DNA of 64,000 bases. Source: Alphaproteobacteria bacterium. GTDB lineage: Bacteria; Pseudomonadota; Alphaproteobacteria; Bin95. The stretch covers positions 1,344,001-1,408,000 of the forward strand of contig CBDBGH010000003.1 in the NCBI GenBank assembly GCA_965205265.1, in the 5' to 3' direction. Below the pieces are notes generated by a model. It did not search any database. It was not told the DNA's origin and saw only the letters and a list, made by a program, of their open reading frames with translations. Positions 9,362-18,407 of this stretch are shown here, one piece after another. Each line of letters opens with the position of its first letter. The stretch's first letter is position 1. The position numbers and the translations under genes are program-made.

Positions 9362-10399
9362 ATGCGGCTCGGCATCACGCTCGGCTACAGCGGCGGCGAC
9401 ATGGCGGACAAGGTGGCGCTCGTGCAGGAGGCCGAGCGCCTCGGTTACGAGATGTGCTGGACCTCGGAGGCCTGGGGCACGGACGCGATCTCGCCCGCCG
9501 CCTGGCTGCTCGCGCAGACCTCACGCATCAAGGTCGGCACGACCATCATCCAGATGCAGTCACGCTCGCCGGCGCTGGCGGCCATGACCTCCATGACCCT
9601 GCAGGAGATGTCCGGTGGGCGCTTCGTGCTCGGCATCGGCCCGTCGGGCCCGCAGGTGATCGAGGGCTGGCACGGCGTGCCGTTCGGCAAGCCGCTGGCG
9701 CGCACCCGCGAATATATCTCGATCATCCGCCAGATCCTGCGCCGCGAGGGCGTGCTGGAGCATCACGGCGAGCATTACGACATTCCCTATCACGGGCCGG
9801 GTGCCACCGGCCTCGGCAAGCCGCTCAAGACCATCCTGCATCCCGACCCGGACCTGACGATCTACACCGCCGCGATCACGCCGGCGGGCGTGCGCACCGC
9901 GGCGGAGGTTGCGGACGGAGTGATCCCGGTCTTCATGGACCCTGAGAGCGATGTCTTCGCGGAGCCGATTGCGGAAGGCATCGCCAAGGCGGGCAACGGC
10001 AAGACGGCCGCCGATTTCGAGGTCGTGCCCTTCGTGCCCGTCCGCGTCGGCGACGACCTTGAGGCCTGCCGCGCCCCGGTGCGCGAGCATCTCGCCTTCT
10101 ATGTCGGCGGCATGGGCGCGCGCGACAAGAACTTCTACAACGACTATGTCGGGCGCATGGGCTATGAGGACGCGGCGCGCAAGGTGCAGGATCTGTTCCT
10201 CTCCGGCCAGCGCAAGGAAGCGAGCGCCGCGCTGCCGGACGAGCTGGTGGACAGCGTGGCGCTGCTCGGCGACAAGGCCCGCATCCGCGACCGGCTGGGT
10301 GCGTGGAAGGACGCCATCGCCGCCGGCCGCGTCGCCGGCATCGCGCTGACCGGCGCCACGCCCGAGGCGGTCCGCACGGTGGCCGAGGCGGCGGCCTGA
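9362..10399 (+). CDS. LLM-class (probable F420-dependent) oxidoreductase
   Basis: WTSEAWGTDA, SGGRFVLGIGPSGPQVIEGWHG, AFYVGGMGARDKNFYND. Confidence 0.9.
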   Translation: MRLGITLGYSGGDMADKVALVQEAERLGYEMCWTSEAWGTDAISPAAWLLAQTSRIKVGTTIIQMQSRSPALAAMTSMTLQEMSGGRFVLGIGPSGPQVIEGWHGVPFGKPLARTREYISIIRQILRREGVLEHHGEHYDIPYHGPGATGLGKPLKTILHPDPDLTIYTAAITPAGVRTAAEVADGVIPVFMDPESDVFAEPIAEGIAKAGNGKTAADFEVVPFVPVRVGDDLEACRAPVREHLAFYVGGMGARDKNFYNDYVGRMGYEDAARKVQDLFLSGQRKEASAALPDELVDSVALLGDKARIRDRLGAWKDAIAAGRVAGIALTGATPEAVRTVAEAAA

Positions 10400-10432
10400 G
10401 CGGGCAGGGCGCACGACGCGGGGAGATAGCGA

Positions 10433-10837
10433 ATGGCCCGTCGGCATATCGAAGTGGACAAGCCCTGGCACAGGAGCATTCCCTTTGCGCAGGGCGTCGT
10501 GGCGACGGGCTCGCTGCTGTTCACCTCCGGCATCACGGCGCGCACGCCCGACGGCAAGATCGACGGCGTGGGCGACATGCGCCGGCAAATGGAGGTCTGC
10601 TTCGCCAACATGGCGGCGGTGCTGGAGAATGCCGGTATCGGTTGGGGGGACATGGTGAAAATGACCATGTACACCACCGACATCGAAGGCTTCAGCGAAC
10701 ATGCGGATGTCTGGCGGCGGCACTTCACGGGACGTCCGGGCAGCACGCTCGTGGAAGTCAGCCGGCTCGCCCTGCCGGAGATGCTCGTCGAGATCGAGGC
10801 GGTGTTCGACATGGGCGAAGCCGGCGACGCCGCGTGA
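10433..10837 (+). CDS. RidA/YjgF family protein
   Basis: LLFTSG, DMVKMTMYTTD, PGSTLVEVSRLALPEMLVEIEAV. Confidence 0.85.
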   Translation: MARRHIEVDKPWHRSIPFAQGVVATGSLLFTSGITARTPDGKIDGVGDMRRQMEVCFANMAAVLENAGIGWGDMVKMTMYTTDIEGFSEHADVWRRHFTGRPGSTLVEVSRLALPEMLVEIEAVFDMGEAGDAA

Positions 10838-10847
10838 GGAGGCTTCG

Positions 10848-12152
10848 ATGCCGGACGGTTCGCTGACATCCTTCATGGCTGCAAAGGCAGGGGATATCCT
10901 CTCCGCCTGCACAAGCTGCGGCGCCTGCGTCGAGGCCTGTCCCGTCGTGCCCCATGCGGGGATTTCGGATGTGGCGCCGGAGGCGGTTGCCGGCGGTGTG
11001 CTGCAGGTGTTGCGGGACGGCGGGCGGCTGGAGGGGCCGGCGGACGCCTGGGTGCATCAGTGCAATGGCTGCGGCGCGTGCATTCCCGCCTGCCCGGAGG
11101 GCGTCAATCCGCGCAACATGGTGATGCTCGCCGCTGCCAAATCCTCGGAAACGCACAGCGACACGCCGCAGCTCTTCCGCAAGATGGCCCGCGCCATTCG
11201 CCTGATGGCGGCGATGCAGCTTGCCCCGGCGGACCTGGCGCGGCTGCTGCAGCCGCCGAAGCCGCGGTCCGTGCCAGTGGTTTTCTATGTCGGCTGCAAC
11301 GCCGTGCGCACGCCGCACCTGCTGTTCAACGCGATGTATGTGCTCGACGCCATCGAGGTCGATTACGAGGTGCTGGGCGGGCCGGCCGCCTGCTGCGGCA
11401 TCATCCACACCAAGTGGGAAGGCGAGACGGAGGCCGGCGGGCGCGTGACCGACGGAACGCTCAAGCGTTTCGGCGACTTCCAGCCGGAGCGGGTGCTGAG
11501 CTGGTGTCCCTCCTGCCAGCTCCATATCGGGGAGACGGTGGAAGGCTATGGCGAGGCGGCCTTCGCCTTCGAGCATGTGACCGGCTATCTGGTCGAGAAC
11601 GAGGAGCGGCTGCGCGGCCTCTATACGACGGAAGTGCCGATGCGGGTGCTGCTGCACGCGCATGAGGGCATGGCGGAGCTGGGCCGGAATGTCGCCCGGC
11701 TGCTGGGCGATGTGCCGGGGCTGGAAATCGCCGGCATCGCCTGGGAGTCCGGTTATACCTGCGGCGGCTCCGGCCAGGACCGCTCGCCCGGCCTCAAAGC
11801 GGAGCGCCGCAGGGCGACCTATGCGATGGCCGAGGAGACGGGCGCGGAGGCGCTGGTCTCGCTCTATCACGGCTGCCACGCGCAACTCTCCGCCGGAGCC
11901 GAGACGCAGGGCCCGCCGGTCGTCAATTTCACGGATTTCCTGGTGCGCGCGCTGGGCGGCGAGCCGCGCGAGGACCTGCTGTCCGGCTGGCGGATGGCCG
12001 GCGACTGGCAGGCGCTCGCGGCGCGCAGCATGCCGATGTTGGAGCGGAACGCGGTTTCGGTCGATCCGGACCGGTTCGCGTCCTTGCTCCCGGACATGCT
12101 GGCGAGCAAGGAGTTCACAGGCGGCCTCGACGAGCTTGTCCGGCCGCGGTGA
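10848..12152 (+). CDS. Fe-S oxidoreductase (two 4Fe-4S motifs + CCG domains, GlpC/HdrD-like)
   Basis: CTSCGACVEACP, CNGCGACIPACP, FYVGC, CCG, CPSC, TCGG, YHGC. Confidence 0.85.
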   Translation: MPDGSLTSFMAAKAGDILSACTSCGACVEACPVVPHAGISDVAPEAVAGGVLQVLRDGGRLEGPADAWVHQCNGCGACIPACPEGVNPRNMVMLAAAKSSETHSDTPQLFRKMARAIRLMAAMQLAPADLARLLQPPKPRSVPVVFYVGCNAVRTPHLLFNAMYVLDAIEVDYEVLGGPAACCGIIHTKWEGETEAGGRVTDGTLKRFGDFQPERVLSWCPSCQLHIGETVEGYGEAAFAFEHVTGYLVENEERLRGLYTTEVPMRVLLHAHEGMAELGRNVARLLGDVPGLEIAGIAWESGYTCGGSGQDRSPGLKAERRRATYAMAEETGAEALVSLYHGCHAQLSAGAETQGPPVVNFTDFLVRALGGEPREDLLSGWRMAGDWQALAARSMPMLERNAVSVDPDRFASLLPDMLASKEFTGGLDELVRPR

Positions 12153-12172
12153 ACGCCTGCCGCGCTTTGTGA

Positions 12173-12646
12173 ATGGGCAAAGTCGTTCTCGAGGTCAACG
12201 GCGCGGTCCGCGAGGTCGAGGCGGACCCTGCGACGCCGCTGATCTATGTGCTCCGCAACCGGCTGGGCCTTGTCGGCGCAAAGCTCGGCTGCGGGCTGGA
12301 GCAGTGCGGGGCCTGCGCCGTGATCGTCGATGGCGAGAAGGTGCTGAGCTGTGTGCGGGCCGTCTCCGAATTCGAGGGGTGCCGGATCGTGACGGTGGAG
12401 GGCCTTGCGGAGGGCGCGGACCTCAACCCGGTGCAGCGCGCCTTCCTGGAAACCGGCGCGGCCCAATGCGGCTATTGCACGGGCGGGCTGGTCGTGGCGC
12501 TGACCGCATATCTGGAAACGGCGGAGCGCCCGGACCGGAAGGGCGCGATCGCCGCGCTCGAAGGCCATCTCTGCCGCTGCGGCGCGCATGCCGACGTGCT
12601 GCGGGCGGTGGACCGGCTCGTCGCCGGGGCGGCCGATGGTGTTTAG
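12173..12646 (+). CDS. (2Fe-2S)-binding small subunit of Mo-hydroxylase (CoxS/IorA-like)
   Basis: GAKLGCGLEQCGACAV, QCGYCTGG, HLCRCG. Confidence 0.92.
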   Translation: MGKVVLEVNGAVREVEADPATPLIYVLRNRLGLVGAKLGCGLEQCGACAVIVDGEKVLSCVRAVSEFEGCRIVTVEGLAEGADLNPVQRAFLETGAAQCGYCTGGLVVALTAYLETAERPDRKGAIAALEGHLCRCGAHADVLRAVDRLVAGAADGV

Positions 12647-12892
12647 AGCACGATCCTTTCAGACTGAAGCAGGCGGTATCCTGACCCTCTTTCCGTCATG
12701 CCCGCCCCCCATATCGTCATGCCCGGACTTGTTCCGGGCATCTCCCTCGGGACAGTCGCGGCGGCGGAAGTGGATGCCCGGAACAAGTCCGGGCATGACG
12801 GACAGGAGAGCGTCCGGGCATGACGGGACGGAAGACGCCGCGCTTCGCGCCTGGCCTGCGCCCGCGAAAGCGGGGACCGGGGCGGCCGATGG
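12624..12892. repeat. REP-containing insertion bounded by a 16-bp direct repeat
   Basis: CCGGGGCGGCCGATGG at 12624-12639 and 12877-12892; REP dimer CGTCATGCCCGGACTTGTTCCGGGCATC at 12715-12742 with reverse complement at 12773-12800, plus outer half-sites. Confidence 0.85.
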
Positions 12893-15042
12893 CGGTTAAC
12901 CCGAGCCTTCTCGCCAATCCGGCGCTCGACGACTGGCTCTCCTTCGACGCCGGCGGGACCGTCACCGTGCGCAGCGGCAAGGTCGATATCGGCCAGCGCA
13001 TCTCGACGGCGGTCGCCCTGCTGGTGGCGGACGAACTGCAAATCGACCCCGGCCGGGTGGAGGTCGCGCGGGTGGAGACCGGCCGCTCGCCGGACGAGGG
13101 TTTTACTTCGGGCAGCCAGTCGATGGCCCAGACGGGCAATGCGGTCCGGCTGGCGGCGGCAACGGCGCGGCGGCATCTGCTGGAGCGCGCCGCCTGGGCG
13201 CTGGAGGTCGATCCTGCCGAACTGGAGGTCGATGACGGCGCGATCCATTCCCGCGCTACCAACCGGAAGACGAGCTATTGGGAACTCGCCGCCGGCAGGC
13301 CGTTCGGCATCGCTGTCGATGCGGAGGCGCCGCTCAGGCCGCGCGCGGCCCTCGGCCATGTCGGCGGCGCGGCAAGGGCGCGGGGGCTGGAGGACATCCT
13401 TCGCGGCCGGCCTTGTTTCCTGCACGACATGAGCCGGCCCGGCATGCTGCATGCGCGCACGGTGCGCCCGCCGCACTACCATGCGCGGCTTACGGTCCTG
13501 GACGAAGCCGTAGTCGAACGCCTCGCGACGGAAGGCGTCGAGATCGTGCGCGACGGCAGCTTCCTCGCAGTTGCGGCGGCGGACGAATATGCGGCGGTCA
13601 GGGCGGCGGAGCGTCTCGCCGCTGCCGCGTCCTGGGACATGGGCGGCGGGCTTCCCTCCGGCGACATCCACGAGAGTCTGCGCGCCAATGAGAGGGTGAG
13701 CCTGCCGGTCATCGACGGTGCGCCGGTCGAGGCTCCGGTTCCGCCGCTCGACCCCCTGCCGGCCGGGGCGGTCGCCACGCTCGAAGCGCGCTACGAGCGG
13801 CCTTACCAGATGCACGGCTCGCTCGGCCCCTCGGCTGCAATGGCGGCGTTCGCCGAGGGCGTCCTGACCGTCCATACCCACAGCCAGGGCGTCTATTTCC
13901 TGCGGGCCGCGCTCGCAGAGGCGTTCGGCATGGAGCCCGACGCGGTCCGCGTCATCCACGCGCCGGGCGCCGGCTGCTACGGCCATAACGGCGCGGACGA
14001 CGCCGCCTTCGACGCGGCCCTCATCGCCCGTGCGCTTCCCGGCAGGCCGGTGATGCTCAAATGGACGCGCGAGGAGGAGCATGCCTGGGAGCCCTACGGG
14101 TCCTGTGCCTCGATGGACCTCCGCGCGAGCCTCGACGGCGAGGGCCTGATCGCCGCCTGGTCTCATGAGACCTATAGCGATACCTATTCCATGCGGCCCC
14201 GGCCCGGTCCGAACCGGATGGGCGCGGCGCGGCTGCTCTCCGCCCGGTTCCTGGCCGAGCCGCTGGAGCCGCCCGTCATGGGCCCGGCGATGGCGCCCCA
14301 TATGGGCATCCACCGCAATCTCGACCCGCTTTACGACCTGCCCGAGAAGCGCCTTGTGAAGCATCTGGTGCGCGGCATGCCGCTCCGGGTCTCGGCGCTG
14401 CGCTCGCTCGGCGCCTATGCCAATGTCTTCGCCATCGAGTCCTTCATGGACGAGCTCGCGGCGAAAGCGGGCTGCGACCCCGTGTCCTTCCGGCTCCGCC
14501 ACCTTTCGGACCCGCGCGGGCGCGCCGTCGTCGAGGCGGCGGCGGCGCGCCTCGACCCCGCGGGCGCGGACTGCAGGCAAGGCCGGGGGCGCGGGCTCGG
14601 ATTCGCGCAGTACAAGAACAGCGCCGCCTATGCCGCCGTCATCATGGAAGTTTCGGTCGGCGATGCGGGCGACATCCGGCTCGAACGCTGCGTCATCGCG
14701 GCCGATGCCGGCGAGATCGCGGACCGCGCCGGCCTTGCCGCGCAGCTGGAAGGGGGCGTCATCCAGGCGGCAAGCTGGACGCTGCACGAAGCGGTGGCGT
14801 TCGACCGGGACGGCATTACCAGCCAGGACTGGGACACCTATCCGATCCTGGGCTTCGACAATGCGCCCGCGTTCGAGACCGTGCTGATCGACCCCGGCCG
14901 GCAGCCGTTCCTCGGCGCGGGAGAAGCGACGGCCGGCCCCACTGCAGCCGCCATCGCCAATGCCGTTCATGCCGCGACGGGGCTGAGGCTCAGGCGAATT
15001 CCGTTCACGCCCGATACGGTGCGCGCCGCCGCCCTGGCGTAA
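12889..15042 (+). CDS. molybdopterin-binding large subunit, xanthine dehydrogenase/IorB-NicB-like family
   Basis: SGKVDIGQRIST, SPDEGFTSGSQS, RPYQMHGSLGPS, GAGCYGHNGADD, LRSLGA, AQLEGG, GAGE. Confidence 0.9.
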   Translation: MAVNPSLLANPALDDWLSFDAGGTVTVRSGKVDIGQRISTAVALLVADELQIDPGRVEVARVETGRSPDEGFTSGSQSMAQTGNAVRLAAATARRHLLERAAWALEVDPAELEVDDGAIHSRATNRKTSYWELAAGRPFGIAVDAEAPLRPRAALGHVGGAARARGLEDILRGRPCFLHDMSRPGMLHARTVRPPHYHARLTVLDEAVVERLATEGVEIVRDGSFLAVAAADEYAAVRAAERLAAAASWDMGGGLPSGDIHESLRANERVSLPVIDGAPVEAPVPPLDPLPAGAVATLEARYERPYQMHGSLGPSAAMAAFAEGVLTVHTHSQGVYFLRAALAEAFGMEPDAVRVIHAPGAGCYGHNGADDAAFDAALIARALPGRPVMLKWTREEEHAWEPYGSCASMDLRASLDGEGLIAAWSHETYSDTYSMRPRPGPNRMGAARLLSARFLAEPLEPPVMGPAMAPHMGIHRNLDPLYDLPEKRLVKHLVRGMPLRVSALRSLGAYANVFAIESFMDELAAKAGCDPVSFRLRHLSDPRGRAVVEAAAARLDPAGADCRQGRGRGLGFAQYKNSAAYAAVIMEVSVGDAGDIRLERCVIAADAGEIADRAGLAAQLEGGVIQAASWTLHEAVAFDRDGITSQDWDTYPILGFDNAPAFETVLIDPGRQPFLGAGEATAGPTAAAIANAVHAATGLRLRRIPFTPDTVRAAALA

Positions 15043-15115
15043 TCCCGCCGCCGGCGCACAACAACGCCAGGGCCGGGGAGGGCAATCGCGTTCGGATGTC
15101 GTGCGTGAACACCCT

Positions 15116-15571
15116 CGTCATGCCCGAACGCCCCCTCCGTCATACCCGGCCTTGTTCCGGGTATCCATGCGGCCGCGCCGGGAGAAGCGATAGAGGGATG
15201 CCCGGATCAAGTCCATTGCTGTCCGGTTCAGCCGTCGTGCGAGGCCGGTCTGGGGTTTGGGCGTGTGCGGCGTCTCCTGTCCGGCATGCCCGAATGCCCC
15301 CTTCGACAAGCTTGGAACAGGCTTCTCCGTCATACCCGGACTTGTTCCGGGTATCTCTCTCCACAGCTTCCGTCGGACGGCCGCATGGATACCCGGAACA
15401 AGTCCGGGTATGACGATGTGAGGGTTAGGACGCCGGGCGCCGATCCGAGTCCCGATTCAGCCGGACCCTTCAAAACCCGGTTGAATCCAAGCCATGCGCC
15501 CTGCCCGCAAATCCTAAACCGGACAGCAGTGGATCAAGTCCGGGCATGACGATATGGGGGCAGGCATGACG
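15116..15571. repeat. composite CGTC-REP cluster
   Basis: Multiple CGTCAT(G/A)CCCGG.CTTG.TCCGGG and CGGG(C/T)ATGACG units in inverted pairs. Confidence 0.85.
15214..15531. mobile_element. 318-bp MITE inserted inside a REP, with 9-bp target duplication
   Basis: TIRs CATTGCTGTCCGGTT (15214-15228) and AACCGGACAGCAGTG (15517-15531), one mismatch; GATCAAGTC duplicated at 15205-15213 and 15532-15540. Confidence 0.85.
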
Positions 15572-15595
15572 ATATGAGGGTCGGGCGGTCACCTG

Positions 15596-15638
15596 TTGAC
15601 ATTGCAATGTTATATAGTATCGATATGTTATCGTATCT
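15596..15638 (+). promoter_or_regulatory. promoter with probable Zur/Fur-family boxes
   Basis: AT-rich TTGACATTGCAATGTTATATAGTATCGATATGTTATCGTATC with two ATGTTAT half-sites (15607, 15625), upstream of metal-uptake genes. Confidence 0.55.
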
Positions 15639-15697
15639 CATAAATGCAGCTCGGGTGGAGAAGCCGTGTTGCGAAGGAACGCGGGGGAGGAACACAA

Positions 15698-17215
15698 ATG
15701 CGCGGACTCCTGAGGTTTGTGCGGGCGGCGGTCGTTGGATTGCCGGTCCTGTTTGCCGCTTCGGCGGCCGAGGCGCAGTCGGGGCCGCCGACGGCGGAAG
15801 AGTTGGCCGCGCAGATCGACGCGCTAAAGCAGGACTACGAAAAGCGCATTGCGGCGCTCGAAGCGCAGATTGCCGCGATGAAGGCCAGGCCCGCGGCCGC
15901 GGGTGGGAAGGCCGCTCCGGCGGCGCGGATCGCCAAGCGGACCGGCGACAACAGCTTCAACCCGGCCATCGGCGTCGTCCTCAATGCCATGTTCGTGGAC
16001 CGCTCCGACGAGGAGGTGGGGCTTCCCGGCTTCCAGGTCGGCCATGAGTCCGAACGCCCGGCAAAGGGCTTCTCGCTCGGCCACAGCGAAGTGACGGCGT
16101 CGGGCAATATCGACGACAAGTTCCGGGGGTCTCTGACGCTCGGCCTCGGCGCCCATGGCAACGAGACGGAGGTCGAGCTTGAGGAGGCCTATATCCAGAC
16201 CCTGGCCGGCTCCGGCCTGCCGGACGGGACGCGGATCAAGGCGGGCCGGGCGCTCTGGACCTTCGGCTACCTGAACGAGCAGCACGCCCATGGCGACGAC
16301 TTCGCCGACCGCCCGCTGCCCTACCGCGCCTTCCTGGACGGCGCCTACAACGATGACGGCATCGAGCTTTCCGTGGTGCTTCCGGGCGATATCTACAAGG
16401 AGGTCGGCGGCGGCCTGTTCCGTGGCGGCGATACGCCCTTCGGCGGCTCCGAATCCGGCCGCGAAGCCTGGTCCGCCTATGCGCGCATCGGCGGCGATGT
16501 CGGCAGCAATTCGGCGCTGCGGCTCGGCGCCTACGTCCTCGACGGCACAGCCCACGGCCGGAGCGGCGTCGCGCATGCGCATGGGCATGACGACGAGCAT
16601 GCGCATGAAGACGAGCATGAGCACGAGAACGGAGAGAATGGCCACCACGCGGATGAGAACGGAGAGGAAGAACACGAGGAGCATGCCCATTCCGAGTTCT
16701 TCTCCGACGGCATGTTCACGGGCGACACGCGGCTCTTCGGCGTCGATTTCCGCTACACTTGGGCGCCGACGGGCAATGCGCGAGACAGCGAGCTGATCCT
16801 CCAGGGCGAGTATTTCCGCCGCAGCGAGGACGGTGACTACACGCTGACGGAGAACGAATGCGCAGACCATATAGAGCAGGATGACGGCACAGAGGTGGAT
16901 CATGACCACGAAGTCTGCGTAGCGCACACCGATACCGAGTCCTTCAGCGGCGACGCCAATGGCTGGTATGCGCAGGCGGTGTACAAGTTCCTGCCCCAAT
17001 GGCGGGTCGGCGCCCGCTATGCGCGCCTCTCGCCGCCGAGCGCTGCGGAGGTGGACGATACGTCCACGATCAGCGCCATGCTCGACTGGACCAACAGCGA
17101 GTTCGGGCGGGTCCGGTTCCAGTACAACCGCGAATCCTCCGGCGACATGCGCGACAACCAGCTCATCCTGCAATATGTCATGAGCCTCGGCGCCCACGCC
17201 GCCCACAGCTTCTGA
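15698..17215 (+). CDS. His-rich outer-membrane beta-barrel, probable Zn/metal uptake channel or receptor
   Basis: GGAGG SD, signal peptide, coiled coil, FNPAIGVVLN, ELEEAYIQT, His/Glu-rich loop, C-terminal LQYVMSLGAHAAHSF. Confidence 0.8.
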   Translation: MRGLLRFVRAAVVGLPVLFAASAAEAQSGPPTAEELAAQIDALKQDYEKRIAALEAQIAAMKARPAAAGGKAAPAARIAKRTGDNSFNPAIGVVLNAMFVDRSDEEVGLPGFQVGHESERPAKGFSLGHSEVTASGNIDDKFRGSLTLGLGAHGNETEVELEEAYIQTLAGSGLPDGTRIKAGRALWTFGYLNEQHAHGDDFADRPLPYRAFLDGAYNDDGIELSVVLPGDIYKEVGGGLFRGGDTPFGGSESGREAWSAYARIGGDVGSNSALRLGAYVLDGTAHGRSGVAHAHGHDDEHAHEDEHEHENGENGHHADENGEEEHEEHAHSEFFSDGMFTGDTRLFGVDFRYTWAPTGNARDSELILQGEYFRRSEDGDYTLTENECADHIEQDDGTEVDHDHEVCVAHTDTESFSGDANGWYAQAVYKFLPQWRVGARYARLSPPSAAEVDDTSTISAMLDWTNSEFGRVRFQYNRESSGDMRDNQLILQYVMSLGAHAAHSF

Positions 17216-17285
17216 GCCCCGGAGACACGCCATGAAGGGGGCTCATGTTTCGGGGGCGGCCCGCCCCTTTTCGGGCGCCCTTTCC

Positions 17286-17439
17286 CGTCATACCCGCCTC
17301 TCATATCGTCATGCCCGGACTTGTTCCGGGCATCTCCCTCCACCGCTTCCGCCGGCCGACCGCATGGATACCCGGAACAAGTCCGGGTATGACGGAGAGG
17401 GGCGTTCGGACATGACGCAGGGGGCGTTCGGACATGACG
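17286..17439. repeat. composite CGTC-REP cluster
   Basis: CGTCATGCCCGGACTTGTTCCGGGCATC ... GATACCCGGAACAAGTCCGGGTATGACG, plus tandem GGGGCGTTCGGACATGACG. Confidence 0.85.
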
Positions 17440-17489
17440 GAGCCGGGGCAGAGCTTGCATCGATGCAATTCCCAAAGGGTCTCTAGGCC

Positions 17490-18407
17490 ATGAAAATGAA
17501 ACGAACGGCGCTGGCGGCCGCGCTCGCGGCCGCCCTGCTGTCGCCGGCGGCGGCGGACGCGGAGGTCCGGATCCTCGCCTGCGAGCCTGAATGGGCGGCG
17601 CTTGCGGAGGAAATCGGCGGCGGCGATGTCGTTGTCCACTCGGCGACCCACGGCCGGCAGGACGCGCACCACATACGCGCGCGGCCCAGCCTGATCGCCA
17701 AGGTGCGGCGCGCGAAAATACTGTTCTGCTCCGGCGCGGACCTGGAAGTCGGCTGGCTGCCCGTGCTTCTGGAACGGGGCGCGGGGCGAATCGTCCAGCC
17801 GGGCCAGCCTGGGCACATCATGGCGGCGGACCATGTCGAGGTGCTGGAGCGGCCGGCAGTCGTGGACCGCAGCCTGGGAGACATCCACCCGGGCGGGAAT
17901 CCGCATGTCCATCTCGACCCGCGCAACATCGCTATTCTTGCCGGAGTGCTGACGGAACGGCTGGAGCGGATCGACCCGGAGCGCGCGGCGGCCTACCGGC
18001 AGCGGCTGGCGTCCTTCCAGGCCCGCTGGGCCGACGCCGCGGCCGGCTGGCGCGAGCGGGCGGAGAAGCTGGGCGGCATGAAGGTGTTCGTCCATCACAA
18101 GGCATGGCCCTATCTGCTGCACTGGACGGGGCTGGAACAGGTTGCGGCCCTGGAGAGGGTTTCGGGCGTTCCGCCGACCGCATCGCATCTGGCCGAGGTC
18201 CTCGAACTGGCGCGGGGCAGCGGCGCGAAGGCCATTCTCCGCGCGCCCTTCGACCCTGAGGACGCCTCTGAGTGGCTGTCCGGGAAAACCGGGCTTCCGG
18301 CCGTCGAGCTTCCGTTCACGGTAGGCGGCCGCCCGGAGGCGACGGACCTGTTCTCCCTGTTCGACAGCACGCTGGCCCTGCTCGAGGAGGCCAGAGATCG
18401 GTCTTGA
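17490..18407 (+). CDS. Zn/Mn ABC transporter substrate-binding protein (ZnuA/TroA-like)
   Basis: Signal peptide, QDAHHIRARPS, GADLEVGWLP, GDIHPGGNPHVHLDP, GVPPTASHL. Confidence 0.9.
   Translation: MKMKRTALAAALAAALLSPAAADAEVRILACEPEWAALAEEIGGGDVVVHSATHGRQDAHHIRARPSLIAKVRRAKILFCSGADLEVGWLPVLLERGAGRIVQPGQPGHIMAADHVEVLERPAVVDRSLGDIHPGGNPHVHLDPRNIAILAGVLTERLERIDPERAAAYRQRLASFQARWADAAAGWRERAEKLGGMKVFVHHKAWPYLLHWTGLEQVAALERVSGVPPTASHLAEVLELARGSGAKAILRAPFDPEDASEWLSGKTGLPAVELPFTVGGRPEATDLFSLFDSTLALLEEARDRS

Noticed and set aside
15116-15571. REP clusters as a CRISPR array
   Set aside because: Repeats are inverted pairs with irregular spacing, not direct repeats with unique spacers; no cas genes
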